From: Gemmatimonadota bacterium
GTDB lineage: Bacteria; Gemmatimonadota; Gemmatimonadetes; Longimicrobiales; Gaopeijiaceae
Assembly (NCBI GenBank): GCA_016209885.1
Contig: JACQVF010000115.1
Location: 31,472 to 95,471 of the forward strand
Length of the DNA stretch: 64,000 nucleotides
Direction: 5' to 3'
Shown: one piece after another, positions 50,335 through 58,820 of the stretch
Layout: each line of letters begins with the position of its first letter
How positions within the stretch are numbered: the first letter of the stretch is position 1
The notes under the pieces: generated by a model
Told to the model about the DNA's origin: nothing
Databases searched by the model: none
Seen by the model: only the letters and a program-made list of their open reading frames with translations
Position numbers and translations under genes: made by a program

Positions 50335-53300
50335 ATGGCCGAGCGTGTGAAACGATACCCGGAGCTGCCCGTCTCAAGGATCGCGCTGGAGGAGGGAATC
50401 CTTGAGCGCTGGCGCGCGGAGGACCTGTTCCGGCGATCCCTCGAGGCGACCGCCGGGGGCGAGCCGTTCGTCTTCTACGAGGGTCCGCCCACGGCGAACG
50501 GACGGCCCGGCCTCCATCACATCATCAGCCGGACGATCAAAGATCTGGTGTGCCGACAGCGCACGATGCTGGGCCGGAGCGTCACGCGCATCGCCGGGTG
50601 GGACACCCACGGGCTGCCGGTCGAGATCGAGGCCGAGAAAGAGCTGGGCATCTCTGGGAAGTTGGAGATCGAGAGCTACGGCGTCGCGCGGTTCAATCAG
50701 CTCTGCCGCGAGTCCGTCTTCCGGTACAAGGAGGATTGGGAGCGGCTCTCGGAGCGGATCGGCTACTGGCTAGATTACTCGCGTCCGTACGTCACGTTCT
50801 CGCGCGACTACATCGAGACCGTCTGGTGGGTGGTCGCCACGATCGCGAGGAAGGGGCTCCTCTATCGCGGGCACAAGATCGTGCCCTCCTGCCCGCGCTG
50901 CGGCACCGGGCTCTCCTCCCATGAGGTCGCCCAGGGCTACCAGGACGTGGCGGACCCTTCCCTCTACATCGAGCTTGAGCTGCTGGACGGGAGCGCCCGC
51001 AAGCTGCTGGTGTGGACGACCACACCGTGGACGCTGGTCTCGAACGTGGCGCTGGCGGTCAATCCCGCGCTCCCGTACGTGGAGCTCGAGCACCGGGGCC
51101 GGCGTCTCCTCGTGGCGGCCCGCCGTGTGGAGCCGCTGTTCGGCGAGGAAGCTGCGGTCGTGGAGCCCGTGGATTCCCGCACGCTCGTGGGGCGCCGCTA
51201 CCGCCGCCCTTTCGATCTGCTCCCGGACTCCGACGTCGGGGGCGACGCCGGGCGGATCGTCCCGGGGGCCTTCGTCTCCGATGAGGAGGGCTCCGGGATC
51301 GTCCACCTAGCACCAGCCTTCGGGGCCGACGACTACGCGGCCGGGCAGGAGTTCGGGCTGCCGGTGCTCATGCCGGTGGGCGATGACGGCCGCTTCCGGG
51401 AGGATCTCCCGCTCGTGGGCGGGCGGTTTGTGAAGGACGCCGACGAAGCGCTCATCGCGGATCTCAAGAGGCGCGGACTCGTGTTCCGCGCGGGCCGGGA
51501 GGTCCACAGCTACCCGCACTGCTGGCGCTGCGAGTCGCCGCTGCTCTACATGGCGCGGGACTCGTGGTTCGCGGCCACGTCGCGGATCAAGGAGATGATG
51601 CTGGCGAACAACGCGCAGGTGCGCTGGGTACCGCCCGAGGTCGGGGAGGGACGCTTCGGTGAATGGCTGGCGGGCAACGTGGACTGGGCGCTCAGCCGTG
51701 ACCGCTACTGGGGTACGCCGCTCCCGGTCTGGGTCTGCGAGGCGAATCCCGACCACGCGGAGTGGGTCGGGAGCTACGCGGAGCTGGAGCGCCACGTCGG
51801 CCCCCTTCCCACCGAGTTCGATCCCCACAAGCCGTGGATCGACGCGTTGACCTGGCCCTGCCCGGAATGCGGCGCCACTCTGCGGCGGGCGCCGGAAGTC
51901 ATCGACGTGTGGTTCGACTCCGGCTGCATGCCCTACGGCCAGTGGCACTACCCGTTCGCCAACCGCAGCGAGTGGCAGCGCCACTTCCCTGCGGACTTCA
52001 TCTGTGAGGGCGTAGACCAGACGCGCGGCTGGTTCTACTCGCTCATGGCGATCAGCTCGATGCTCGACCTGGGCCCTGCCTACCGCGCCGTAGTCGTGAA
52101 CGACCTCATTCTGGACGCGGAAGGCCAGAAGATGTCGAAGTCCCGCGGAAACGTGGTGGACCCCTGGGATGCCATCGCCGAGCACGGCGCGGATGCGATC
52201 CGCTGGTACCTGGTGACCGTGAGCCAGCCGTGGGTGCCGAAGCGCTACGATCCCCGCGGGATCCGCGAGTCCGCGCGCAAGCATTTCGACACGCTCCGGA
52301 ACACCTATCACTTCTTCGCCCTCTACGCGAACGTGGAGGGATGGGCGCCGTCGGTGGCCGATCCGGCGCCGGCCGAGCGCTCGCTCCTCGATCGCTGGCT
52401 CCTTTCGCGGCTCCACGGGCTTGTGGCCCAGGTGCGAGAGGACATGGAGAGCTACCAGATCACGCGGGCCGGCCGCGCGAGCGGAGACTTCGTGCTCGAA
52501 GATCTGTCGAACTGGTATGTGCGCCGCAGCCGCTCGCGTTTCTGGGGGAATACGGACGTGGCGGACAGCCGAGCGGCGTTCCGTACGCTGCACGAGGCGC
52601 TGGCGGCCGTGGCGCTGCTCACGGCGCCCATCACGCCGTTTGTGTCGGACTGGCTCTACCGTGCGCTTACGGCTGAGAGCGCGCACCTGGCCCGGTTCCC
52701 GGAGGCGGACCCGGCGCTGCGGGCGCCGGCGCTCGAGGCGCAGATGGATGCCGTCCGCCGCCTCGTCTCCCTGGGGCGCGCGGCGCGGGAGGCGGTGCAG
52801 ATCCGCGTGCGGCAGCCGCTGCGGCGCATGTATGCGGTCGTCCCGCACGGCCTCACGCTGGAGGGCGAGCTCCTGGGCCTGCTCCGCGACGAGCTGAACG
52901 TGAAGGAGATCGAGTTCCTGGGTACGGGGAAGGGGCTTGTTCGCATATACGCGCGGCCGAGCTACGCGGCGCTGGGACCCCGGTTCCAGGCCCGCACGGA
53001 AGCCGTGGCTCGAGCGATCCGCGGGCTCCCGGCAGAGCGCCTGGAGGCCATCCGGCGGGGCGAAGCCGCGGCCGTAGAGGTGAACGGCGCGGAAGTGGCC
53101 CTGGAAGCCGGCGACTTCGAGATCGTGGAGGAGGCGGAGGCCGGCCGCGTGGTGAAGAGCGAGGGCGGCTTCATCGTAGCGCTCGACCCCAGCGTGGACC
53201 GCGACCTGCGGGAGGAAGGGCTGGCCCGCGAGCTGGTGAACCGGATCCAGCGGTTGCGCCGCGACGCAGGCCTCGAGGTGACGGATCGGATCCGGCTCGC

Positions 53301-53517
53301 CATCGTCGGGCCGGATGAGCTCGTCACCGCGGCGAGCCGTTTCCGGGAGTTCATCGCCGGCGAGACGCTGGCCACCGAGGTCCGGGCCGTGACGGAGCGC
53401 GCCGCCGCCGCCGGCGGGCCCGATGGCCCCGATGGCTATGAGATCGTGCGTGCCGTGGACATGGACGGGCTCGAGGCGAAGATCGGCGTGAGCGTCCAGC
53501 CCCGGGTGACGCCGTGA
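50335..53517 (+). CDS. ileS: Isoleucine--tRNA ligase (type 2, ~1060 aa)
   Basis: HIGH (PTANGRPGLHH), KMSKS (KMSKSRGN), CP1 editing domain, Zn-binding C-terminal region. Confidence 0.95.
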   Translation: MAERVKRYPELPVSRIALEEGILERWRAEDLFRRSLEATAGGEPFVFYEGPPTANGRPGLHHIISRTIKDLVCRQRTMLGRSVTRIAGWDTHGLPVEIEAEKELGISGKLEIESYGVARFNQLCRESVFRYKEDWERLSERIGYWLDYSRPYVTFSRDYIETVWWVVATIARKGLLYRGHKIVPSCPRCGTGLSSHEVAQGYQDVADPSLYIELELLDGSARKLLVWTTTPWTLVSNVALAVNPALPYVELEHRGRRLLVAARRVEPLFGEEAAVVEPVDSRTLVGRRYRRPFDLLPDSDVGGDAGRIVPGAFVSDEEGSGIVHLAPAFGADDYAAGQEFGLPVLMPVGDDGRFREDLPLVGGRFVKDADEALIADLKRRGLVFRAGREVHSYPHCWRCESPLLYMARDSWFAATSRIKEMMLANNAQVRWVPPEVGEGRFGEWLAGNVDWALSRDRYWGTPLPVWVCEANPDHAEWVGSYAELERHVGPLPTEFDPHKPWIDALTWPCPECGATLRRAPEVIDVWFDSGCMPYGQWHYPFANRSEWQRHFPADFICEGVDQTRGWFYSLMAISSMLDLGPAYRAVVVNDLILDAEGQKMSKSRGNVVDPWDAIAEHGADAIRWYLVTVSQPWVPKRYDPRGIRESARKHFDTLRNTYHFFALYANVEGWAPSVADPAPAERSLLDRWLLSRLHGLVAQVREDMESYQITRAGRASGDFVLEDLSNWYVRRSRSRFWGNTDVADSRAAFRTLHEALAAVALLTAPITPFVSDWLYRALTAESAHLARFPEADPALRAPALEAQMDAVRRLVSLGRAAREAVQIRVRQPLRRMYAVVPHGLTLEGELLGLLRDELNVKEIEFLGTGKGLVRIYARPSYAALGPRFQARTEAVARAIRGLPAERLEAIRRGEAAAVEVNGAEVALEAGDFEIVEEAEAGRVVKSEGGFIVALDPSVDRDLREEGLARELVNRIQRLRRDAGLEVTDRIRLAIVGPDELVTAASRFREFIAGETLATEVRAVTERAAAAGGPDGPDGYEIVRAVDMDGLEAKIGVSVQPRVTP

Positions 53518-54089
53518 GGCGGCGGGCCCCAGGTCACCAGCGGCACAGCATGAGAGCGGAGGGGAGGGGGCTGGTGCTCGGCAGGACCGGGGCCAAGGGC
53601 ATTTCTCTGGCACGCCTCCGCATGCTCGCGGCGGTTGTGACCGGCGTCGTCGTCGTGGACCTGATCACGAAGTTCGTCGTCCAGCGTACCTTTTACCCTG
53701 GGCACTCCATCCGCGTGATCGGCGACTTCTTCCGGCTCACGTACATCATGAACCCCGGCGCCGCGTTCGGCATCCATTTCGGCGAGTACTCGCGCCCTGT
53801 GTTCCTCGTGCTGGCGATTCTGGCCCTCTTAGTCCTGGGAGCCATGTACCTGGCAACGCCGGCGACCGACCGCTTGCGCCTCTACGCCATCGCCTCCATC
53901 TGCGGCGGCGCGCTCGGCAACCTCATTGACCGCATCCGCTCTCCGCGCGGCGTGGTGGATTTCCTCGACTTCGGCCTCGGCGATCTGCGCTGGCCGATCT
54001 TCAACGCCGCCGACATCGCGGTGACCATAGGCGCCGTGCTCCTGGCCGTCTCGCTTTGGTTCGAGGAGCGCGAGCATGCCGGAGGGTGA
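53514..54089 (+). CDS. lspA: Lipoprotein signal peptidase II
   Basis: Classical ileS-lspA linkage. Four TM helices, motifs FNAADIAV and GNLIDR. Confidence 0.85.
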   Translation: MRRRAPGHQRHSMRAEGRGLVLGRTGAKGISLARLRMLAAVVTGVVVVDLITKFVVQRTFYPGHSIRVIGDFFRLTYIMNPGAAFGIHFGEYSRPVFLVLAILALLVLGAMYLATPATDRLRLYAIASICGGALGNLIDRIRSPRGVVDFLDFGLGDLRWPIFNAADIAVTIGAVLLAVSLWFEEREHAGG

Positions 54090-55047
54090 GGGCCGCACGG
54101 AGAATCTGGAGGTCCGGGAGACCGCGCCCGAGCGGCTCGACGTCTACCTGGCCCGCCACCTCTCCCTCTCCCGCAGCCGCGCCGCCGCGCTGATCGAGGA
54201 GGGATGCGTCACCGTGGACGGGCGCACGCCACGTAAGTCGGACGTCGTGCAGCCGGGGCAACGCATCACCGTGGCGATCCCGTCGCCCCAACCTGCCACG
54301 GCCACCGCGGAGCCGATCCCGCTGGACATCCGCTACGAGGACGAGGCGCTCCTGGTCGTGAACAAGCCCACCGGTATGGTCGTCCACCCGGCACCGGGCC
54401 ACCTGACGGGCACCCTCGTCAACGCCCTCCTCCACGCCGTCAGCGACCTGTCGGGGATCGGCGGCGTGCTCCGGCCCGGCATCGTGCATCGCCTCGACCG
54501 CGATACCTCGGGGCTCATTCTCGTCGCGAAGACGGAACACGCGCAGCGGAAGCTGAGCGATGCCTTCAAGCACCGGCAGATCCGACGGCGCTACGTCACC
54601 ATGACCTGGGGGCACCTGCCCCAGCAGTCACTCACAGTCGATGCGCCCATCGGCCGCCACCCCAAGGACCGCAAGCGGATGGCAGTCGTGCCCCTCGGGC
54701 GCCGAGCGGTGACCCGGCTGCGCGTCCGCGAAAGCTGGCTGGCCGCCGAGCTCCTGGAGGTCAGGCTCGAGACCGGACGCACCCACCAGATTCGCGTGCA
54801 CCTCGCCCACATCGGCCACCCTGTAGTCGGCGACCGCGTCTACGGCGCCGGCTGGGAGCGAGGAATGAGCGGGCCCGGCCATCGCTGGGCACTCGAGCTC
54901 GCCAGCCGCATCCCGCGGCAGTTCTTGCACGCGTGGGAACTCGTGTTTCCACACCCCACCACCGGACTCGAGGTCCGCTGCCGCGCGCCGCTTGCCCATG
55001 ACCTGATCCCCGCGCTCGAATGGGCGCGAAGCCACGCGGCGTCGTGA
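54076..55047 (+). CDS. rluD: 23S rRNA pseudouridine synthase, RluA/RluD family
   Basis: S4 domain, catalytic HRLDRDTSGL motif. Confidence 0.85.
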   Translation: MPEGEGRTENLEVRETAPERLDVYLARHLSLSRSRAAALIEEGCVTVDGRTPRKSDVVQPGQRITVAIPSPQPATATAEPIPLDIRYEDEALLVVNKPTGMVVHPAPGHLTGTLVNALLHAVSDLSGIGGVLRPGIVHRLDRDTSGLILVAKTEHAQRKLSDAFKHRQIRRRYVTMTWGHLPQQSLTVDAPIGRHPKDRKRMAVVPLGRRAVTRLRVRESWLAAELLEVRLETGRTHQIRVHLAHIGHPVVGDRVYGAGWERGMSGPGHRWALELASRIPRQFLHAWELVFPHPTTGLEVRCRAPLAHDLIPALEWARSHAAS

Positions 55048-55056
55048 GCGGCGCTG

Positions 55057-55070
55057 AAAACACATGTTTT
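55057..55070. promoter_or_regulatory. AT-rich palindrome AAAACA-CA-TGTTTT in the rluD-cheW gap, followed by hairpin GCCGTAG-acgtg-CTACGGC (55088-55106)
   Basis: Perfect 6-bp arms with a 2-nt centre, embedded in strongly GC-rich flanks; candidate regulator-binding site. Confidence 0.3.
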
Positions 55071-55164
55071 TGCCGCCGGCGCCGCGCGCCGTAGACGTGC
55101 TACGGCGGCGGATTCGGAAAACTTTCTCGACCGCCCGGAGTTGCGTAGCTTACACTTAACAAGA

Positions 55165-55647
55165 ATGCCCGAGTCCGTGGGTTACGCCGACATCGGCCTG
55201 GCCGCGCCCTCCGGCGCTTCGAAGCATCTCCTCCTGCGGGCAGGGGATCGCTTCTTCGCCGTCCCGATTCTTGAGGTCAGGGAGGTTCTGCCGCGCCAGG
55301 ACTACGTGCGCCTGCCCGGGGCGGGACCGGCGGTTTGCGGGCTTATAAGCGTGCGGAGCCGCGTGCTCACGGTGCTCGACTTCGCGGCCGCGGTGGGTTT
55401 AGGGCGGAGCAGCGCCGGGGCCGATCACCGAGTGGTCGTGCTGGAGCACGGGGAGCGGAGTGTCGGGCTGGCGGTCGACGCCGTGGTCGAGATTGCCGAA
55501 CTCGTGCCGGAAGCGTTAAGCGCGTCCGGGGAGAAGCCAGTCGAGGGGGATCCGGAGGCGCCCTATCTGGTGGCGGTCGGCGAAGCGGCGGGGTTCCGCT
55601 TCGCGGTGATCGGCGTGTCGGAGCTTGTGGCCGCCTGGCTCGCGTGA
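55165..55647 (+). CDS. cheW: Chemotaxis coupling protein CheW
   Basis: CheW fold pattern (FAVPILEVREVL, VVVLEHGERSVGLAVDAVVEI). Confidence 0.8.
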   Translation: MPESVGYADIGLAAPSGASKHLLLRAGDRFFAVPILEVREVLPRQDYVRLPGAGPAVCGLISVRSRVLTVLDFAAAVGLGRSSAGADHRVVVLEHGERSVGLAVDAVVEIAELVPEALSASGEKPVEGDPEAPYLVAVGEAAGFRFAVIGVSELVAAWLA

Positions 55648-55719
55648 CGCGCGGCGTCCGCAACGGAAGCAACCAAAGCAACGGAAGCAGCGAAGCAAAG
55701 TGAACGTGGTGGAGGGACG

Positions 55720-56082
55720 ATGGCGCACACTGTGTTGATCTGCGACGATGCGCTCTTCATGCGCACCATGATCGCCAACATTTTGAAGGAAGCGGGGTTC
55801 GAGGTGGTGGGCGAGGCAGCGACGGGCTCGGAGGCGATCGACAGGTACCGGCAGCTCATGCCCGACCTCGTGACCATGGACATCGTGATGCCGGACATGG
55901 GCGGGATCGACGCGGTGCGGGCGATCATGAAGGAGTTCCCGCATGCCCGCATCCTCATGTGCAGCGCCATGGGACAGCAGGCCCTGGTGATGGAAGCCAT
56001 CCAGGCGGGTGCCCGCGACTTCGTCGTGAAGCCGTTCCAGCCTTCTCGCGTGCTGGAGGCGGTACAGCGCGTGTTGAAGTAG
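55720..56082 (+). CDS. cheY: CheY-like single-domain response regulator
   Basis: Acidic pocket DD (LICDDALFMR), phospho-accepting Asp (TMDIVMPDMGG), conserved T and K (CSAMG...KPF). Confidence 0.85.
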   Translation: MAHTVLICDDALFMRTMIANILKEAGFEVVGEAATGSEAIDRYRQLMPDLVTMDIVMPDMGGIDAVRAIMKEFPHARILMCSAMGQQALVMEAIQAGARDFVVKPFQPSRVLEAVQRVLK

Positions 56083-56268
56083 CCAGCGGGTGAGTGGGTG
56101 ACCAGTTGTTCGCGATTAGTGAATCAGTGAATCAGCCGTTGACGATCAGCAATCGGTAGTCGGTGCCTGGCGATGGTCGGGTGAACCCTCGCCCCGAGGT
56201 GTCGCGAGCAATCGCTGAGGACTGACGGCCGATCGCCAGGCGCGGGGGCGCCGTAAGGCTGGAGAGCC

Positions 56269-58170
56269 ATGGAGCTCGAGCGGTACGCCGAGTTGTTCTT
56301 CGCCGAGAGCCGGGAGCACCTATCGGCCATGAGCCAGCTCATTCTCGAGCTGGAGGCGCGGCCGGGCGATCTCGAGGCCGTGCACGGCCTGTTTCGCGCT
56401 GTCCATACGATCAAGGGGATGGCGGCGTCGATGGGCTACGGTGCGGTGAGCGCGCTGGCGCACGAAGTCGAGAACCTGCTCGACGCGCTGCGCTCCGGTC
56501 GGCGGCGCGCAGAGCCCGCGTTGGTGGACGTGCTGCTCGAGGGTGCCGACGCCCTGGAGCTCGCCGTGGCGCATGTGGCCGGAGAGCGCCCGGAGCCGTA
56601 CGACCCTGGGCCGTACCTGGCGCGGCTGCGGGCGTTCGTGGGCGGCGGTGCGGCGGCGGGTGCCGCGGCTCGGCGCCGGGATACGGGGCCGCCGGCAGTG
56701 CCGGGGCTGTGGGCGCGGGTCCAGCTCGCGGAAGACGCGCCGCTCAAGGGCGCGCGGGCGTTTCTGGTGGTGCGCGCCGCGGAAGAGACGGGGCGGCTCG
56801 CCGAATGCCATCCGCCCGTCGCGTCGTTCCAGGAGCCGGAGTTCGACGGGTGGTTCTTCCTACGTTTCGATCCTGCCATAGACCGGCAGGCGACCCGCGC
56901 ATTGCTGACGCGGATGGGAGACGGAGCGGCGGTGGACTTCGTGGAGGTGGCGGAGGAGACGGTGGCCATGGAGGGCGAGGCGGCGTCTCAGGCCCGTACG
57001 CACCGGCCGCGCCCGAACTCTCTGCGCGTGGACATCTCTCGGCTCGATGCGCTTCAGGACCAGATCGGCGAGCTTGTGGTGCTGCGCAGTTCGCTGCGCC
57101 GCGCGGCGCGGGAACACCCCACGGGCGAGTTGCTCCAGCTGAGCGCCAGGGCCTACCGCCTCATCAGCGCACTGCAGGACGAGATCATGAAGGCGCGCAT
57201 GGTCCCGGTGTGGCAGGTGTTCGATCGCTTCCCGCGGCTGGTCCGGGACGCGGGGCGCACCCTGGGCAAGGAGGTCGAGTTCATCGTGGAGGGCCAGGAG
57301 ATCGGGCTCGACCGTTCCGTGCTGGACGAGATTGTGGACCCCCTCGTCCATCTGCTGCGAAACGCCGTGGACCACGGGATCGAGAGCCCGGAGGAGCGCG
57401 AGGGGCTGGGGAAGCCGAGGATCGGGCGCATCGTTCTGTCGGCGGCGAGGGAGGGCGCCAGTGTCGTGATCACGGTCCAGGATGACGGCAGGGGGATCGC
57501 TCGCGCGCGCGTCATCGCGAAAGCGCTTGGGGCCGGGCTCATCAGCGAGGCGGAGTCAGGGACCCTGGAGGATGAGGACATCATCCGCCTTGTTCTCCGC
57601 ACCGGCTTCTCCACAGCCGAGCGCATCACCGGGATCTCGGGGCGCGGCGTCGGCATGGACGTGGTGGCGAACAAGGTGCGGGCGCTCGGCGGCAACTTCG
57701 AGATTCGGAGCGTCGAGGGGAAAGGAACGCGCATTGCGATCCGGCTGCCGCTGACCCTGGCCATCTCGAGGGTCCTGCTCGTGCGGGTGGCCGGCGAGGT
57801 CTATGCGATCCCCCGGATGCTGGTGCGCGAAACGTTGGAGGTCGGGCGGGACGCCTGGTCCCGGGCCGACGGCTCGGAGCTGCTGATCGGGGTGGGCGAG
57901 AAGCCGGTTGCGGTCCTGCGTCTGCGCCGGATCCTGGAATGCCCGGCGCGGCCGGAGCCCGCGCGCGCCGTGGCCGCCGTCACGGACCTGGGAGACAGCC
58001 GCGTGGCGTTCTTGGTGGATGAGGTCGTGGAGGAACAGGAGATCGTCGTGAAGTCGTTCGAGCCGACGAAAGAGACGCCGCCGTTCTTCTCCGGTGCCAC
58101 GATCCTGGCCGATGGCCGGCCGACGTTGATCCTGGATCCGGCGGGCCTCGTGGCGGCCGCCTCGCCCTGA
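56269..58170 (+). CDS. cheA: Chemotaxis histidine kinase CheA
   Basis: P1 HPt (HTIKGMAASMG), dimerisation region, HATPase boxes (HLLRNAVDHGIE, DDGRGI, GISGRGVGMDVV), C-terminal CheW-like domain. Confidence 0.9.
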   Translation: MELERYAELFFAESREHLSAMSQLILELEARPGDLEAVHGLFRAVHTIKGMAASMGYGAVSALAHEVENLLDALRSGRRRAEPALVDVLLEGADALELAVAHVAGERPEPYDPGPYLARLRAFVGGGAAAGAAARRRDTGPPAVPGLWARVQLAEDAPLKGARAFLVVRAAEETGRLAECHPPVASFQEPEFDGWFFLRFDPAIDRQATRALLTRMGDGAAVDFVEVAEETVAMEGEAASQARTHRPRPNSLRVDISRLDALQDQIGELVVLRSSLRRAAREHPTGELLQLSARAYRLISALQDEIMKARMVPVWQVFDRFPRLVRDAGRTLGKEVEFIVEGQEIGLDRSVLDEIVDPLVHLLRNAVDHGIESPEEREGLGKPRIGRIVLSAAREGASVVITVQDDGRGIARARVIAKALGAGLISEAESGTLEDEDIIRLVLRTGFSTAERITGISGRGVGMDVVANKVRALGGNFEIRSVEGKGTRIAIRLPLTLAISRVLLVRVAGEVYAIPRMLVRETLEVGRDAWSRADGSELLIGVGEKPVAVLRLRRILECPARPEPARAVAAVTDLGDSRVAFLVDEVVEEQEIVVKSFEPTKETPPFFSGATILADGRPTLILDPAGLVAAASP

Positions 58171-58202
58171 AGGGTGCGAGAACCGAAAGAGAGTGGAGCG
58201 GT

Positions 58203-58820
58203 ATGGGACAGAGCCGGGAGTTGAAGGCGCTGGAGCTGGACGCGCTGCGCGAGGTGGCGAACATCGGGGCGGGACACGCGGCGACAGCGTTGTCGCAACT
58301 GACGCGGCGCCGTGTGATGATCAACGTGCCCGAGATCCGCCTCGGTCCGTTCCAGGACATCCCGGGGCTCGTCGATGCCGGCGAGGTGACGGTGGCGGTG
58401 GTGATGAAGGTGTTCGGCGACCTCACCGGCCGGGTGCTCCTGGCGTTCGGCCGCGGCACGGTCATGAGGCTCGTGGACTGCTTCATGGGACTGGAGCCCG
58501 GCAGGACGCAGACCCTCGCGGAGATGGAGCAGTCGGCGATCAAGGAGGCGGGCAACATCCTCGGGGGCGCCTATCTGAATGCGCTCTCCGAGTTCCTTGG
58601 AATGATCCTCCTGCCGTCTGTGCCGGCGCTCACCCTGGATCTGGCCAGCGCGGTCACCGCGCCCGGAGAGTTCGATGTGCCGGACGGCAACCGGCTCGTG
58701 TTCTGCATCGAGAACCTGTTCCAGGTCAACGCGAGCCAGGGGAACCTCAGGGGCCAGTTTCTCTTTCTCCCGGATGAGCCGGCAGTGCAGGCGATCCTTC
58801 AGGCGATTCGCGTCGGGTGA
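58203..58820 (+). CDS. cheC: CheC-family CheY-P phosphatase
   Basis: Two CheC repeats carrying the E-x3-N-x22-P signature (LDALREVANIGAG, EQSAIKEAGNILGG). Confidence 0.75.
   Translation: MGQSRELKALELDALREVANIGAGHAATALSQLTRRRVMINVPEIRLGPFQDIPGLVDAGEVTVAVVMKVFGDLTGRVLLAFGRGTVMRLVDCFMGLEPGRTQTLAEMEQSAIKEAGNILGGAYLNALSEFLGMILLPSVPALTLDLASAVTAPGEFDVPDGNRLVFCIENLFQVNASQGNLRGQFLFLPDEPAVQAILQAIRVG

Noticed and set aside
51307-53613. 768-aa minus-strand ORF
   Set aside because: Antisense to ileS, which has unambiguous HIGH/KMSKS motifs; artefact of absent stop codons in GC-rich antisense frames.
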